A stretch of 64,000 nucleotides of DNA from the NCBI RefSeq assembly GCF_003334305.1, contig NZ_QOWS01000003.1; one strand, given 5' to 3'. The position numbers and the translations under genes were made by a program. Shown one piece after another: positions 20,933 through 31,353 of the stretch (positions within the stretch are counted from its first letter, which is position 1; every line of letters starts with the position of its first letter). The notes beneath the pieces were generated by a model. It had not been told where the DNA came from and searched no databases. It was given only the letters and a program-made list of their open reading frames with translations. The DNA is from Escherichia coli (GTDB lineage: Bacteria; Pseudomonadota; Gammaproteobacteria; Enterobacterales; Enterobacteriaceae).

Positions 20933-23080
20933 TTATTTTTTGCTTTCTTCTTTCAATACCTTAACGGTATAGCGGCCATCAGCCTGACGGTATGCACCGT
21001 GAATATCGGTTTCAAAGCCCGGATAGTGAGCGCCGATTTCACACAGCATCTGCAGGAACTCCAGAACCGGACGGCTTTCTTCGGTGATCATTTCACCCGG
21101 CATTACCAGAGGAACTCCCGGCGGATACGGAAGGATCATATTGGCGTTAATACGACCTACCATTTCGTCGAGGTAAACTTCTTCGGTCATACCGTGCAGC
21201 TCTTTCTGGAATGCAGCATACGGAGTCATTACCATCGTCGGCAGCACTTCAAATGCGCGATACATCAGATCCGGCAGATTGTGGTGAACAATCAGTTTGT
21301 GGATATTCTGAGCCAGTTCCTGAATACGCATGTTTTCATAGAATTCAGGATCTTCACGATACAGAGACGGCAGCATGTTTTTCACACGCAGGTTCAGGTC
21401 GAACGCACGTTTGAAGTCAGTCAGAGCACGCAGCAGGCTCAGTGCTTTGGTCTTATCGATACCGATGCTGAACAGGAACAGCAGGTTATACGGACCGGTT
21501 TTCTCAACAACGATGCCATGTTCGTCGAGGTATTTCGCCACGATGCTGGCCGGAATACCAAAGTCGCTCATGGTGCCGTCTTTTTCCATCCCCGGAGTCA
21601 GCAGGGTGACTTTGATCGGGTCAAGATACATGTGCTCGTTATCGATGTTTTTGAAGCCGTGCCAGGTGCTGTCAGAACGCAGCGGCCAGCATTCAGTCGT
21701 ATCGATATGATCCGGCTGCCATACATCAAAGAACCAGCCATCAGATTCCGTTCTCAGACGTTTGATCTCTTTACGGAATTTGATCGCACGTTCAATGGAA
21801 CCGTTGATCAGACGTTTACCTGCATTGCCTTTCATCATCGCCGCAGCGGTTTCAGTGGACGCCACGATACCGTAGTGAGGAGAAGTGGTGGTGTGCATCA
21901 TGTAGGCTTCGTTAAAGGTTTCTTCGTTTACGTCACCTTTAACGTGGATCATGGAAGCCTGAGAGAACGCCGCCAGCAGTTTGTGAGTGGACTGGGTTTC
22001 GTAAATCACTTTCCCTTCTACACGGCCACCGCTCATACCGCATTTACCTTCGTAAATCGGTGAGAAGTTGGTGTAAGGCACCCACGCGGAGTCAAAGTGG
22101 ATGGATTTCACATCCAGTGTTTTCTTGATGAAGTCGGTGTTGTACAGCAGACCATCATAGGTAGAGTTGGTAATTACAGCATGTACCGGCCAGGTTGCGT
22201 TTGGTGTTTCTTTCACGCGCTTAGCAATGGTAGCGTGCTGGAATTCACTCTGTGGGATACCACCAAGAATACCGTAAGCGTTACGGGTCGGGCGGAAATA
22301 GATTGGCGTAACATCGCTCATCATCATCAGGTGGGTCAGCGATTTGTGGCAGTTACGGTCAATCAGAATGGTGCTGCCTGCCGGAGCAGAGTACATGCCA
22401 ACAATTTTGTTCGCAGTGGAAGTACCGTTGGTCACCATGTAGCTGCGGTCTGCGTTAAAGACGCGAGCGATATACTGTTCTGCTTCTTTGTGTGGACCAC
22501 TGTGATCCAGCAGAGAACCCAGTTCAGATACTGAAATGGAAATATCAGATTTCATGGTATTCGGACCAAAGAAATCATAGAACAGGCTACCTACCGGGCT
22601 TTTCTGGAATGCAGTACCGCCCATGTGACCAGGAGTACAGAAAGTATATTTACCTTCACGAACATATTTAAACAGTGCTTTAGTCAGCGGAGGCAGAATA
22701 GTGTTGATATATTCGTCAGTGGTCTGCTTGATCTTATTAGCAATATCTTCAGCAGCACCCAGCGCATATTCAAAGAAGCTAATCTGTAAACGCAGGTCAT
22801 TCAGGCTTACATCGAGAGTGGAATACGTATTAGCGAACGCGTACAACGGCAGGTTCTCGTTCATTTTGCTAATTTCTTCGCACAGCTCGAGATTATATTT
22901 ATCCCAGTCAAAAATAACGCCGCACAGACGCGCATTGTTTTCGATCAGTTTTAATAAGTCGTCACGGTCGTTCGGGTAAACAATCTGGAAGTTCAGACGT
23001 TCAAGCGCGCGATGAAGTTCACGGATGGGTTCTTCTTTAAAATAAACCCCCATGTGATTCAATATTGCAATAACGTTCAT
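20933..23080 (-). CDS. cadA: Inducible lysine decarboxylase, PLP-dependent
   Basis: Start taken at MNVIAILNHMGVYFKEE (715 aa); motifs DRNCHKS, STHKLL. Confidence 0.95.
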   Translation of the reverse strand: MNVIAILNHMGVYFKEEPIRELHRALERLNFQIVYPNDRDDLLKLIENNARLCGVIFDWDKYNLELCEEISKMNENLPLYAFANTYSTLDVSLNDLRLQISFFEYALGAAEDIANKIKQTTDEYINTILPPLTKALFKYVREGKYTFCTPGHMGGTAFQKSPVGSLFYDFFGPNTMKSDISISVSELGSLLDHSGPHKEAEQYIARVFNADRSYMVTNGTSTANKIVGMYSAPAGSTILIDRNCHKSLTHLMMMSDVTPIYFRPTRNAYGILGGIPQSEFQHATIAKRVKETPNATWPVHAVITNSTYDGLLYNTDFIKKTLDVKSIHFDSAWVPYTNFSPIYEGKCGMSGGRVEGKVIYETQSTHKLLAAFSQASMIHVKGDVNEETFNEAYMMHTTTSPHYGIVASTETAAAMMKGNAGKRLINGSIERAIKFRKEIKRLRTESDGWFFDVWQPDHIDTTECWPLRSDSTWHGFKNIDNEHMYLDPIKVTLLTPGMEKDGTMSDFGIPASIVAKYLDEHGIVVEKTGPYNLLFLFSIGIDKTKALSLLRALTDFKRAFDLNLRVKNMLPSLYREDPEFYENMRIQELAQNIHKLIVHHNLPDLMYRAFEVLPTMVMTPYAAFQKELHGMTEEVYLDEMVGRINANMILPYPPGVPLVMPGEMITEESRPVLEFLQMLCEIGAHYPGFETDIHGAYRQADGRYTVKVLKEESKK

Positions 23081-23159
23081 AGTCATATCTCCAGGTAAAA
23101 AAGGCCCCTCCCAACACATGGGACAAAATGAAAGGAGGAGCCTCGGAAAATACTTTTAA

Positions 23160-24494
23160 TTAATGTGCGTTAGACGCGGTGTGGTTATCCATTGAGTGGC
23201 TCTGGCGCTCGTGCATTTTGCGAGCGTAGAACATCAGGATAATCAGGCTGACGATGAAGGTACCTGCCAGCTCGAAGGAGCTTGCGCCCATCAGCGCGAT
23301 GAAGCAGAACACGCAACCCAGTACAGAGCAGATCAGGCTGACAAAGTTGCGGATGTTAACGCCTTCAAAACGAATCAGGTCAACGCAAGAGTAGAAGTAC
23401 GGCAGCATAGTCAGCAGTACTGCGATACCGGTCAGTTCACCGAACAGGTCAGATGCTTTACCACCGGCAGAGTTCATCAGAGTGATGAGGATCATCAGGG
23501 CAGTCATTTTCACTGCAGCCAGCAGCAGACCTTTTTTCGGAATACCGTTGCTGTCGACTTCACCATAAACTTTCGGGAAGTTACCGTCGTTAGCGGCACG
23601 TACACCTGCCTGGCCTACCAACATCATCCAGGAGCCCAGAGAAGTCAGGCACGCAAAGGCGGTGAATGCAGAAACCAGCGGCGCAGCCCAGTTACCGAGG
23701 ATAGTTGAAGCACTGATTGCAAACGGAGCACCGGAAGCCGCCATTACAGAAGACGGATACATACCGGAAAGCACCTGAGTCGCAGCGATATAAACAATAC
23801 CTGCTAAACCAGTACCCAGCATGGTTGCCAGCGGAACGGTACGTTTCGGGTTTTTAACCATACCAGTACTTACTGCTGCGGATTCAACACCCACGAAGGC
23901 CCACAGGCAGAGCAGAATACTTTTAATGATCGCATGACCATCAGTGGTATCCGCAGTATTCCAGTTAGCTGCATAAGTTGCCGCATCAAACCAATGCCAG
24001 CCAACAATAGCAGTCATCACCACAGGAATAAGAACCAGCACCAGACCAATAGTGGTTAAACGGCTTACCCAAGTACCGCCGAGCATATTTACAAAGGTAA
24101 ATACCCAGACGATAGCAATACAGGCGATACCCGCCGGAACAGGATCATTTAATACTGGGAAGAAGGTGGAAAGATAAGATACCGCGGTAATACCAATCGC
24201 CAGGTTACCAATCCAGTTAGCATGGTAATAAAGAACACCTGTCTGAAAACCAAATGCAGGGGAAATTTCTCCGGCATAAGCAATTGGGCCACCTTGTTGC
24301 GGGTTTTTTGTTGCCAGTCGGGCATATACATACGCCAGCGACATTGCACCAATAATAGAGATAATCCAACCCCAGATAGCAATACCACCGATACTTGCTA
24401 GGTTCGCAGGTAATAATGCAATACCGCTCCCCATCATATTACCGGCAACAACACCGGTACAGGCAAATAGCCCGATCTTCTTGGCAGAACTCAT
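23160..24494 (-). CDS. cadB: Lysine:cadaverine antiporter (APC family)
   Basis: 444-aa membrane ORF paralogous to adiC. Confidence 0.95.
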   Translation of the reverse strand: MSSAKKIGLFACTGVVAGNMMGSGIALLPANLASIGGIAIWGWIISIIGAMSLAYVYARLATKNPQQGGPIAYAGEISPAFGFQTGVLYYHANWIGNLAIGITAVSYLSTFFPVLNDPVPAGIACIAIVWVFTFVNMLGGTWVSRLTTIGLVLVLIPVVMTAIVGWHWFDAATYAANWNTADTTDGHAIIKSILLCLWAFVGVESAAVSTGMVKNPKRTVPLATMLGTGLAGIVYIAATQVLSGMYPSSVMAASGAPFAISASTILGNWAAPLVSAFTAFACLTSLGSWMMLVGQAGVRAANDGNFPKVYGEVDSNGIPKKGLLLAAVKMTALMILITLMNSAGGKASDLFGELTGIAVLLTMLPYFYSCVDLIRFEGVNIRNFVSLICSVLGCVFCFIALMGASSFELAGTFIVSLIILMFYARKMHERQSHSMDNHTASNAH

Positions 24495-24750
24495 GCTCTT
24501 CTCCTAATTTCATTTTTGAATTTGGAGTCCGGGTCATGATGTATAACTATTTCCTGACCAGACCAAACTGGCGCTAAGATTACTCACGAAAAAAGGATTA
24601 ATCCTAAAGATTAGGTGAAATAATACAAAAGTTTCTGTAAGTGAGAACTTGAGGTTTTTTATTAACACATCAGGATCGCAAGTTGATATCATGAAAAGAT
24701 AAACATTCAATGTTTACAATGGATTGCATGACATTCTCTGGTTAAATTTA
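24495..24750 (-). promoter_or_regulatory. Pcad promoter/operator region (CadC, H-NS targets expected)
   Basis: AT-rich non-coding region upstream of cadB; individual sites not resolved. Confidence 0.45.
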
Positions 24751-24754
24751 TGTA

Positions 24755-24784
24755 ATAAAAATTATGCGGCAAATAAATTGCCGC
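24755..24784 (-). terminator. cadC rho-independent terminator
   Basis: gcggcaa-ataaa-ttgccgc hairpin followed on minus strand by T-tract. Confidence 0.45.
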
Positions 24785-24858
24785 AACATATTATACCAAC
24801 GGGAACATACAAAAACTCAACAACAAATATTCCAGAGCATAAATCAACCCGGAGTTAC

Positions 24859-26397
24859 TTATTCTGAAGCGAGAAATTTGTCGAGATAAGGTACAACATA
24901 AGGAACAGAAGTCTGGAATATACCATTTTCAATCCAGTAAAGGGTGTTTGCCCCTGGGCGTAAATTAAAGGCGGTGAGATATGCATCAGCTGCTTCCCGG
25001 TTCATCCCCTTCATTTCATAAACCTTGCCAAGCAATACATAATTTAGCCAGGACATTTCAAGATCAATGCCAGTATTTATCGCCTGGTAAGACTCATCTG
25101 TTTTACCTTTTACCAGAGCACTGACCGCTTTTATTTGATATATAATGGACAGGTTATTCAATTCCGGTAGTGTAACAATGTTATCTATTTCTGTGTTCAG
25201 TGCTGCTAATTGTTTTTCATCTAAAGGATGTTGAGAATGGCGCACGATATCAACTAATGCTTTTTCTGCTCTCGCGTAGGTAAATTCTGGGGATGATTGA
25301 ACAATCTCACCTAATAATTCACTGGCACGGTTCAATGATTTATCATCGCCATGCAGTAAATAATCATGTGCCTGATAAAAATTAGTTAATAACGCACCAC
25401 GATGAGGCAAAATTTGCTGGAGCGTCTCCTGCATTCGTTGTGGCCACGGTTGGTTTAACGCTTTTGATAAACTCTCCAGTAAATCATTTTGAATCGCCAG
25501 CTGATTACCGTTAGTGATGACATAACGTTTATCCAGCATGGTTGAACCATCTGCATTGTCTACCAATTTTATCGACATAAAGCATTGTTGAGCACGGTAT
25601 TGGCGCTGATTAACAAACGCAATAGATAATGTTTTACCGGAACTGCTCGGTTCATCAATGTTGTAGTTGATTTTGTCATGCACCATAAAGGTGGAGAAGG
25701 TGTTAAGTGATGTCGCCACCAAATCACCCACGCCTATCGCGTAAGAGAGCTGATACGGGGAACTCCAGCTATTACAACTTTTATTTACCATATTAATGTC
25801 AATATCGCGTGGATTGAGCAAAATACGCGATTTGCTCATCGGAAGACGTGTATCAAGACTTGAAAACGCTACCAGTGCTACACAGATACCTAAGGACAAC
25901 AGGAAAAAAAACCATACCCAAAAGGTAGTGAATCGTTTGCTTTTAACTGGGGATTGTTCAGGTGGCGTTGCGGTGTTTTGAATGTTAAGACTGTGGGAGG
26001 GAGAATCTGTGGCAGGAACCGCCTCTGGTATAGGGGGAGGCGAAGATAGCATTATTTCCTCTCCCTCTTCTTCGCTGTACCAGATAACCGGCACCATTAA
26101 TTTATAGCCGCGCTTTGGTACAGTAGCGATATAGACAGGACTATCTTCATCATTATCTTTTAATGACTTACGTAGTTCTGAGATACTCTGCGTCACAACA
26201 TGATTGGTGACAATACTTCTCTTCCAGACATTATCGATAAGTTCATCCCTGCTAAGTACTTCGCCACTGTGTTGAGCAAAGAAAACCAGAAGGTCGATTA
26301 ATCTCGGCTCAAGGGTAAGTTGACGCCCATTGCGGCTAATTTGGTTTATGGACGGAGTAACAAGCCATTCGCCAACGCGAACTACAGGTTGTTGCAT
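24859..26397 (-). CDS. cadC: ToxR-like membrane-integrated transcriptional activator of cadBA
   Basis: 512-aa ORF with N-terminal winged-helix domain, single TM, periplasmic domain; contains PPPIP. Confidence 0.9.
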   Translation of the reverse strand: MQQPVVRVGEWLVTPSINQISRNGRQLTLEPRLIDLLVFFAQHSGEVLSRDELIDNVWKRSIVTNHVVTQSISELRKSLKDNDEDSPVYIATVPKRGYKLMVPVIWYSEEEGEEIMLSSPPPIPEAVPATDSPSHSLNIQNTATPPEQSPVKSKRFTTFWVWFFFLLSLGICVALVAFSSLDTRLPMSKSRILLNPRDIDINMVNKSCNSWSSPYQLSYAIGVGDLVATSLNTFSTFMVHDKINYNIDEPSSSGKTLSIAFVNQRQYRAQQCFMSIKLVDNADGSTMLDKRYVITNGNQLAIQNDLLESLSKALNQPWPQRMQETLQQILPHRGALLTNFYQAHDYLLHGDDKSLNRASELLGEIVQSSPEFTYARAEKALVDIVRHSQHPLDEKQLAALNTEIDNIVTLPELNNLSIIYQIKAVSALVKGKTDESYQAINTGIDLEMSWLNYVLLGKVYEMKGMNREAADAYLTAFNLRPGANTLYWIENGIFQTSVPYVVPYLDKFLASE

Positions 26398-26971
26398 AAT
26401 AGAAACTCATTCGAAAAGGGAATGATGCAATGATAATTGCCACAACCTATTTTTACCATCTATAGATGGGTTTATTTACATATTATTGGTGAATGCAAGA
26501 CGTTATTTTTACCAGCCATAAACTTCTTGATTACATGGTATTAAGAAAGGATTTTACTGAGAACCAGAAGTAATATTCCTTACCATCAAAATTCATCATC
26601 TTTGCCAAAGAAAAATGTTCAGAAAATAATCCATGGAAAATTGTCCGGAGCGCTTACTATTTTAATGGATTGTTAGTCTTTGCATGAGCAAGCGGACTGA
26701 TACATTTCTCTTTGTTCTCATTCAGAAAATCTCATCAGTCGGCGTTCAGACCGGTGTTGTGCTTTATGGATGCGTTACGCTCCTGATGACGTCATTTGAC
26801 GTTCAACAACATCACGGGGCCGCACGACATTTCACGTCAGTTAGTGCTATCGCTCAGGAACAAATTTTCCCGAATTGGGATATGCCCGCAAATTGCTGGT
26901 GATGTGGGGAGAATCTGGTTGAGTTCGGGAGAATTGATTTGGAGGCAGAACGCTTAAATCGTGGCGTCCTG

Positions 26972-27003
26972 AAACGAAAAACGGACCTCCGTGGAGGTCC
27001 GTT
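26972..27003 (-). terminator. pheU rho-independent terminator
   Basis: acggacctcc-gtgg-aggtccgt hairpin with T-run on minus strand immediately 3' of the tRNA. Confidence 0.6.
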
Positions 27004-27013
27004 TATATGAATT

Positions 27014-27089
27014 TGGTGCCCGGACTCGGAATCGAACCAAGGACACGGGGATTTTCAATCCCCTGCTCTACCGACTGAGCTATCCGGGC
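27014..27089 (-). tRNA. pheU: tRNA-Phe(GAA)
   Basis: Reverse complement is GCCCGGATAGCTCAGTCGGTAGAGCAGGGGATTGAAAATCCCCGTGTCCTTGGTTCGATTCCGAGTCCGGGCACCA, 76 nt with encoded CCA. Confidence 0.95.
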
Positions 27090-27195
27090 AACGGGGCGCA
27101 TTAAACCGTAATCTGTACATCTCGTCAACCTAATTTCAGTAAAAGCGATTCAACTGCTTAAGATTGCGGCAAATCGCTTCTTTTCTGTGTTTCTG

Positions 27196-27771
27196 TCAGG
27201 TCAATGCACCACCCTGGCGGCAGCGGGCGAAGCGCAGGATATCTTCCGCCAGCCGATGTGCAGTGTCGACATCCGCCTGGCTACGATTCACCAGCATTCG
27301 GCTTAAACAGCCTTCCAGCACCAGTTCCATCTGCTTTGCTACCATCGCCGGATCGTCAACTTCCAGTGTGGTTAACAGTTCGTGGGTGAAATCGTAGGCC
27401 GCGCTTTTTTGCTGATCGGCCAGTTGATGAATAGGGTGGCCAGGATCGGGATAAAACGTACAGGCAGCGATAAATAGACAGCCCGGATAGCGGTTGTTTT
27501 TAACGCACTCCGATAACGCCTGATAACGTGCCAGCAGCTTTTGTTCGGCGGTTTGCGTTTCGTCCAGCATCAGCTGACGACGCCAGACATCTATCTGTTG
27601 GCTAAGATAACGCAGCGCATCGTAGAGGATTGCCTCTTTGTCTGGCCAGAAGCGGCGTAGCTCGTCCAGTGGATAATCCACACGTTCAGCAACCATCTCC
27701 AGCGTGGTGTTGGCAATCCCTTGTAATTCTAATAATTTCAGGGCTTCTCCCAGTACATCTTCACGTTGCAC
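27196..27771 (-). CDS. yjdC: TetR-family transcriptional regulator
   Basis: N-terminal TetR HTH; start uncertain (ORF-track ATG at 27795 versus internal GTG). Confidence 0.75.
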
Positions 27772-27807
27772 GCTATTTTCCTCCGTCTTTCCCACTGCAA
27801 GTGTCGT

Positions 27808-29505
27808 TCACGGTTGGCGATCGCGCAAATGTGCGCTGAAGGTTTCAGCATCCATAAAGCCCGTGACGCGTGCTTGTGGATGCTCCTGGCCTTGTCCGTC
27901 AAAAAAGAGAATTGTCGGTAGGCCAAGGACATTAAGATGCTTTAACAGCGCCACATCTTGTGCGTCGTTGGCCGTGACGTTGGCCTGAAGTAAGACCGTG
28001 TCTGCTAACGCTTTTTGCACCTGCGGGTCGCTGAAGGTGTATTTCTCAAACTCTTTACAGGCGACGCACCAGTCGGCATAAAGATCTAACATCACCGGTT
28101 TGCCTTTGGCTTCAACGAGCGCCTGATTTAACTCATCTACCGTTTTGATTTGTGTAAAGTTGAGATGCGTCTGAGTTTGCGCGGTATGCGTCGCACCAAA
28201 TGCCCAATCCTGAAGTGGGCGCACGCTAACCAATGCCGCTGCCAGCAGGATTATTTGCACCACGCGCATCCAGCCGCGTTTAGCCTGTAGGCTGGTGATA
28301 AAGGCCCAGCCAAAGAATGCGACACCCAGCGCCGACCACAAGCGTAATCCCCATACATCACCAATCACTCGCTCCAGCAGGAAGACCGGCAGTGCGAGGA
28401 TCACAAAACCAAACGCGGTTTTGACTTGTTCCATCCACGGGCCGCTTTTCGGCAGCAAGCGGTTACCAAAGACGGTAATTAGCATCAGCGGCAGGCCCAT
28501 GCCCAACGCATAGAGATAAAGCGTGCCGCCGCCCAGCCACATGTTCCCGCTTTGGGCGATATACAGCAGAATCGCGCTAAGCGGTGCGGTGGTGCATGGT
28601 GAACAGATCAGTCCGGCAATCGCCCCCATAACAAACACACCGCCAGGTGAGCCGCCCTGTTGGCGATTGCTCATCAACGTGAGACGTGTTTGCAGCGAAG
28701 AGGGGAGTTGTAGAGTAAACAAGCCAAACATTGACATCGCCAGCAAGGTAAAGACGATGGCGAGGCCAATGAGCACGTATGGGTGCTGTAGCGCCGCCTG
28801 GAACTGTAACCCTGCGGCGGCAACTACCAGACCCAGCGCCGTGTAAGTCAGTGCCATCCCCTGCACATAAATAAAGGTCAGCAACAATGCTCTGGCAGTG
28901 GAGAGCCGCTGTTTACCACCCAGCACGATGCCAGAAATCAGTGGGTACATTGGCAGCACGCATGGCGTAAAGGCGATACCAATACCGATCAACAACGCCC
29001 AGAGCGCGGAAAAGGGCAATTGCGCGGTGTGCTGCTCTTGCTGCGAAACAGACACAGGCTGTGACGCTGCGTTGTTGGCGACCACTTCGCTTAACGGAAC
29101 GGTTTTGGTTTCTGGCGGATAACAGAAACCGGCATCAGCACAGCCCTGGTAGGTGACAGTTAACGTCGCTCCCGCACTCGCCTGGTTGATGGTTACGGGA
29201 AGCGTCAGCCGATCGCGGTAAATCTCGCTTTTGCCGTAAAACTCATCTTCATGCCAGACGCCTTGCGGCAGCTGCACGTCGGCAATTTTCGCGTGTTCCG
29301 GCGTAATGCGGATCTGTTTACGGTAGAGGTAGTAACCGTCTTTGATCTGCCAGGTCAGATTAAGGTCATGTTGGTTTTGCTGAAAATCAAAAGTAAAGGC
29401 TTGATCCGCGGGGACAAATTGTGAACGTCCCGGCGCGTCGAATAATCCGGCAAAAACGGAAGTGCTGCAAAGTAGCAGGATCAGCGTAAAGATGCGTTGA
29501 GCCAT
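27808..29505 (-). CDS. dsbD: Thiol:disulfide interchange protein DsbD
   Basis: Start taken at [19 protein letters not shown] (signal peptide); C-terminal thioredoxin-like CVAC motif. Confidence 0.9.
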
Positions 29506-29819
29506 GAGAGGTAATCTGTGTCTCCGTGTGTAACAGGTAAAACCAGAAGTTCCGGGGTTTGATATGGATGATGAGACTTCAGGCATTCCAGCAGTGCCTG
29601 CTGGTGAGATACGGTAGTTTTTAAAATCATCTGCACTTCGTATTCTTGCTCCAGCTTACCTTCCCAGTAATAGAGAGAGGTAGCGCCGGGGATCAAGGTC
29701 GCGCAGGCCGCCAGTTTTTCCGCCAGCACTTTGGCGGCTAAATCCTGGGCTGTCGCTTCATCCGGTGCGGTACATAGCACCACGACAGACGCGGTATTCG
29801 AACTTTTTTCATCAAGCAT
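29481..29819 (-). CDS. cutA: Divalent-cation tolerance protein CutA
   Basis: About 112-aa ORF; 3' end overlaps dsbD start by about 25 nt. Confidence 0.85.
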
Positions 29820-29934
29820 AAACACCTCGCAAGAACAGATGGAACCGCAAGAGAGAGGTCACTATACAACGGACGGGGGAAGGATGTTAGTCGGCGGGAA
29901 AGAAAGCGGGGCGTGAACGCCCCGCGATTGGTCA

Positions 29935-31236
29935 TTACAGCATGAAGCTACCCAGCACGAAGCCGAAGCAAACGGCCAGGGCAACACCCAGAGTACCCGG
30001 GATGAAGAACGGATGGTTGAAGACGAATTTACCGATACGGGTTGTACCCGTGTCATCCATCTGTACCGCAGCAACCAGCGTCGGGTAGGTCGGCAGAATG
30101 AACAGACCAGACACCGCAGCGAAAGAAGCAACAGCGGTCAGCGGTGAAACGTTCAGTGCCAGGGCCATCGGCATCAGTGCTTTTGCGGTTGCAGCCTGAG
30201 AGTACAGCAGAGCAGAAGCAAAGAAGAAGATGACGGCCAGCAGCCACGGATGACCCTGAATCACTTCACCAGCGGTATCTTTGATCCAGTCGATGTTGTT
30301 GGAAACGAAAGTATCGCCCAGCCACGCAACACCCAGGATACAAATACAGGCGCTCATACCTGCTTTGAAGGTGCTGGAGTTGAGGATGTTGTCGGTATCG
30401 ACTTTACAGATAACGGTGGTCAGAGTTGCAACGCTGAGCATGATGATCAGGATTGCGTTGGTGGTGTTCATCAGCGGTTTTTCAACCAGACCCATGCTTG
30501 GGCTGTTGATGATTGCATAGATAACCACGCCAACTACGCCCAGCAGGAACAGCCAGACGGACGTTTTTGCACCGGATTTGATTTCAATCTGCTTTTCACC
30601 GCGCAGTTCAACCAGGCCCTCTTCCAGACGCTTGCGATAAATCGGATCGTCAGAGAGTTTGGAGTTGAACAGCATAGTGACCAGAAAGGACATCACCAGA
30701 ACCGCCAGCAGGGTGGACGGGATGACCACGGAGAGCAGATGGAGGTAGCTGATGCCATGACCTTCCATCACGGAAGACATGTAAACCACTGCCGCTGAGA
30801 TTGGCGATGCGGTGATCGCAATCTGCGCGGATACCACTGCAGTAGACAGCGGACGGCAAGGTTTGACGCCTTGTTCCTTCGCAACTTCAGCGATAACTGG
30901 CAGTGTCGCCAGAGATATGTTGCCAGTACCAGCAAAGATAGTCAGGAAATAGGTCACGATCGGTGCGAGGATCGTGATGTATTTCGGGTTACGGCGCAGC
31001 AGCTTTTCTGTCTGATGAACCAGATAGTCCAGACCGCCAGCAACCTGCATGGCAGAAATAGCGGCGATAACCGCCATGATAATGGAAATGACATCGAACG
31101 GGATGTTACCGGGTTTAACGCCAATAGCGGCAAGAACCAGCACCCCCAATCCGCCTGCAAAACCAATACCTATTCCCCCCAATCTGGCGCCCAAGAAGAT
31201 CGCCAGCAAAACTATGATGAGTTCTACAACTAGCAT
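29935..31236 (-). CDS. dcuA: C4-dicarboxylate transporter DcuA
   Basis: 433-aa membrane ORF paralogous to dcuB; downstream of aspA. Confidence 0.93.
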   Translation of the reverse strand: MLVVELIIVLLAIFLGARLGGIGIGFAGGLGVLVLAAIGVKPGNIPFDVISIIMAVIAAISAMQVAGGLDYLVHQTEKLLRRNPKYITILAPIVTYFLTIFAGTGNISLATLPVIAEVAKEQGVKPCRPLSTAVVSAQIAITASPISAAVVYMSSVMEGHGISYLHLLSVVIPSTLLAVLVMSFLVTMLFNSKLSDDPIYRKRLEEGLVELRGEKQIEIKSGAKTSVWLFLLGVVGVVIYAIINSPSMGLVEKPLMNTTNAILIIMLSVATLTTVICKVDTDNILNSSTFKAGMSACICILGVAWLGDTFVSNNIDWIKDTAGEVIQGHPWLLAVIFFFASALLYSQAATAKALMPMALALNVSPLTAVASFAAVSGLFILPTYPTLVAAVQMDDTGTTRIGKFVFNHPFFIPGTLGVALAVCFGFVLGSFML

Positions 31237-31296
31237 ATTAGCCTTCCTTGTTTTTTAACAAGTTGATATTAGGTTGTTATTTTTAAGTTACTGCTC

Positions 31297-31329
31297 ACAA
31301 GAAAAAAGGCACGTCATCTGACGTGCCTT
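31297..31329 (-). terminator. aspA rho-independent terminator (likely partial, before dcuA)
   Basis: 11-bp perfect stem aaggcacgtca/tgacgtgcctt, 2-nt loop, followed by UUUUCUU on minus strand. Confidence 0.55.
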
Positions 31330-31353
31330 CTTTATTTGTACTACCCTGTACGA

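Noticed and set aside
26398-27013. Genomic island or prophage at pheU
   Set aside because: Spacer is only about 600 bp with no integrase-length ORF and no tRNA 3'-end direct repeat; hotspot judged empty.
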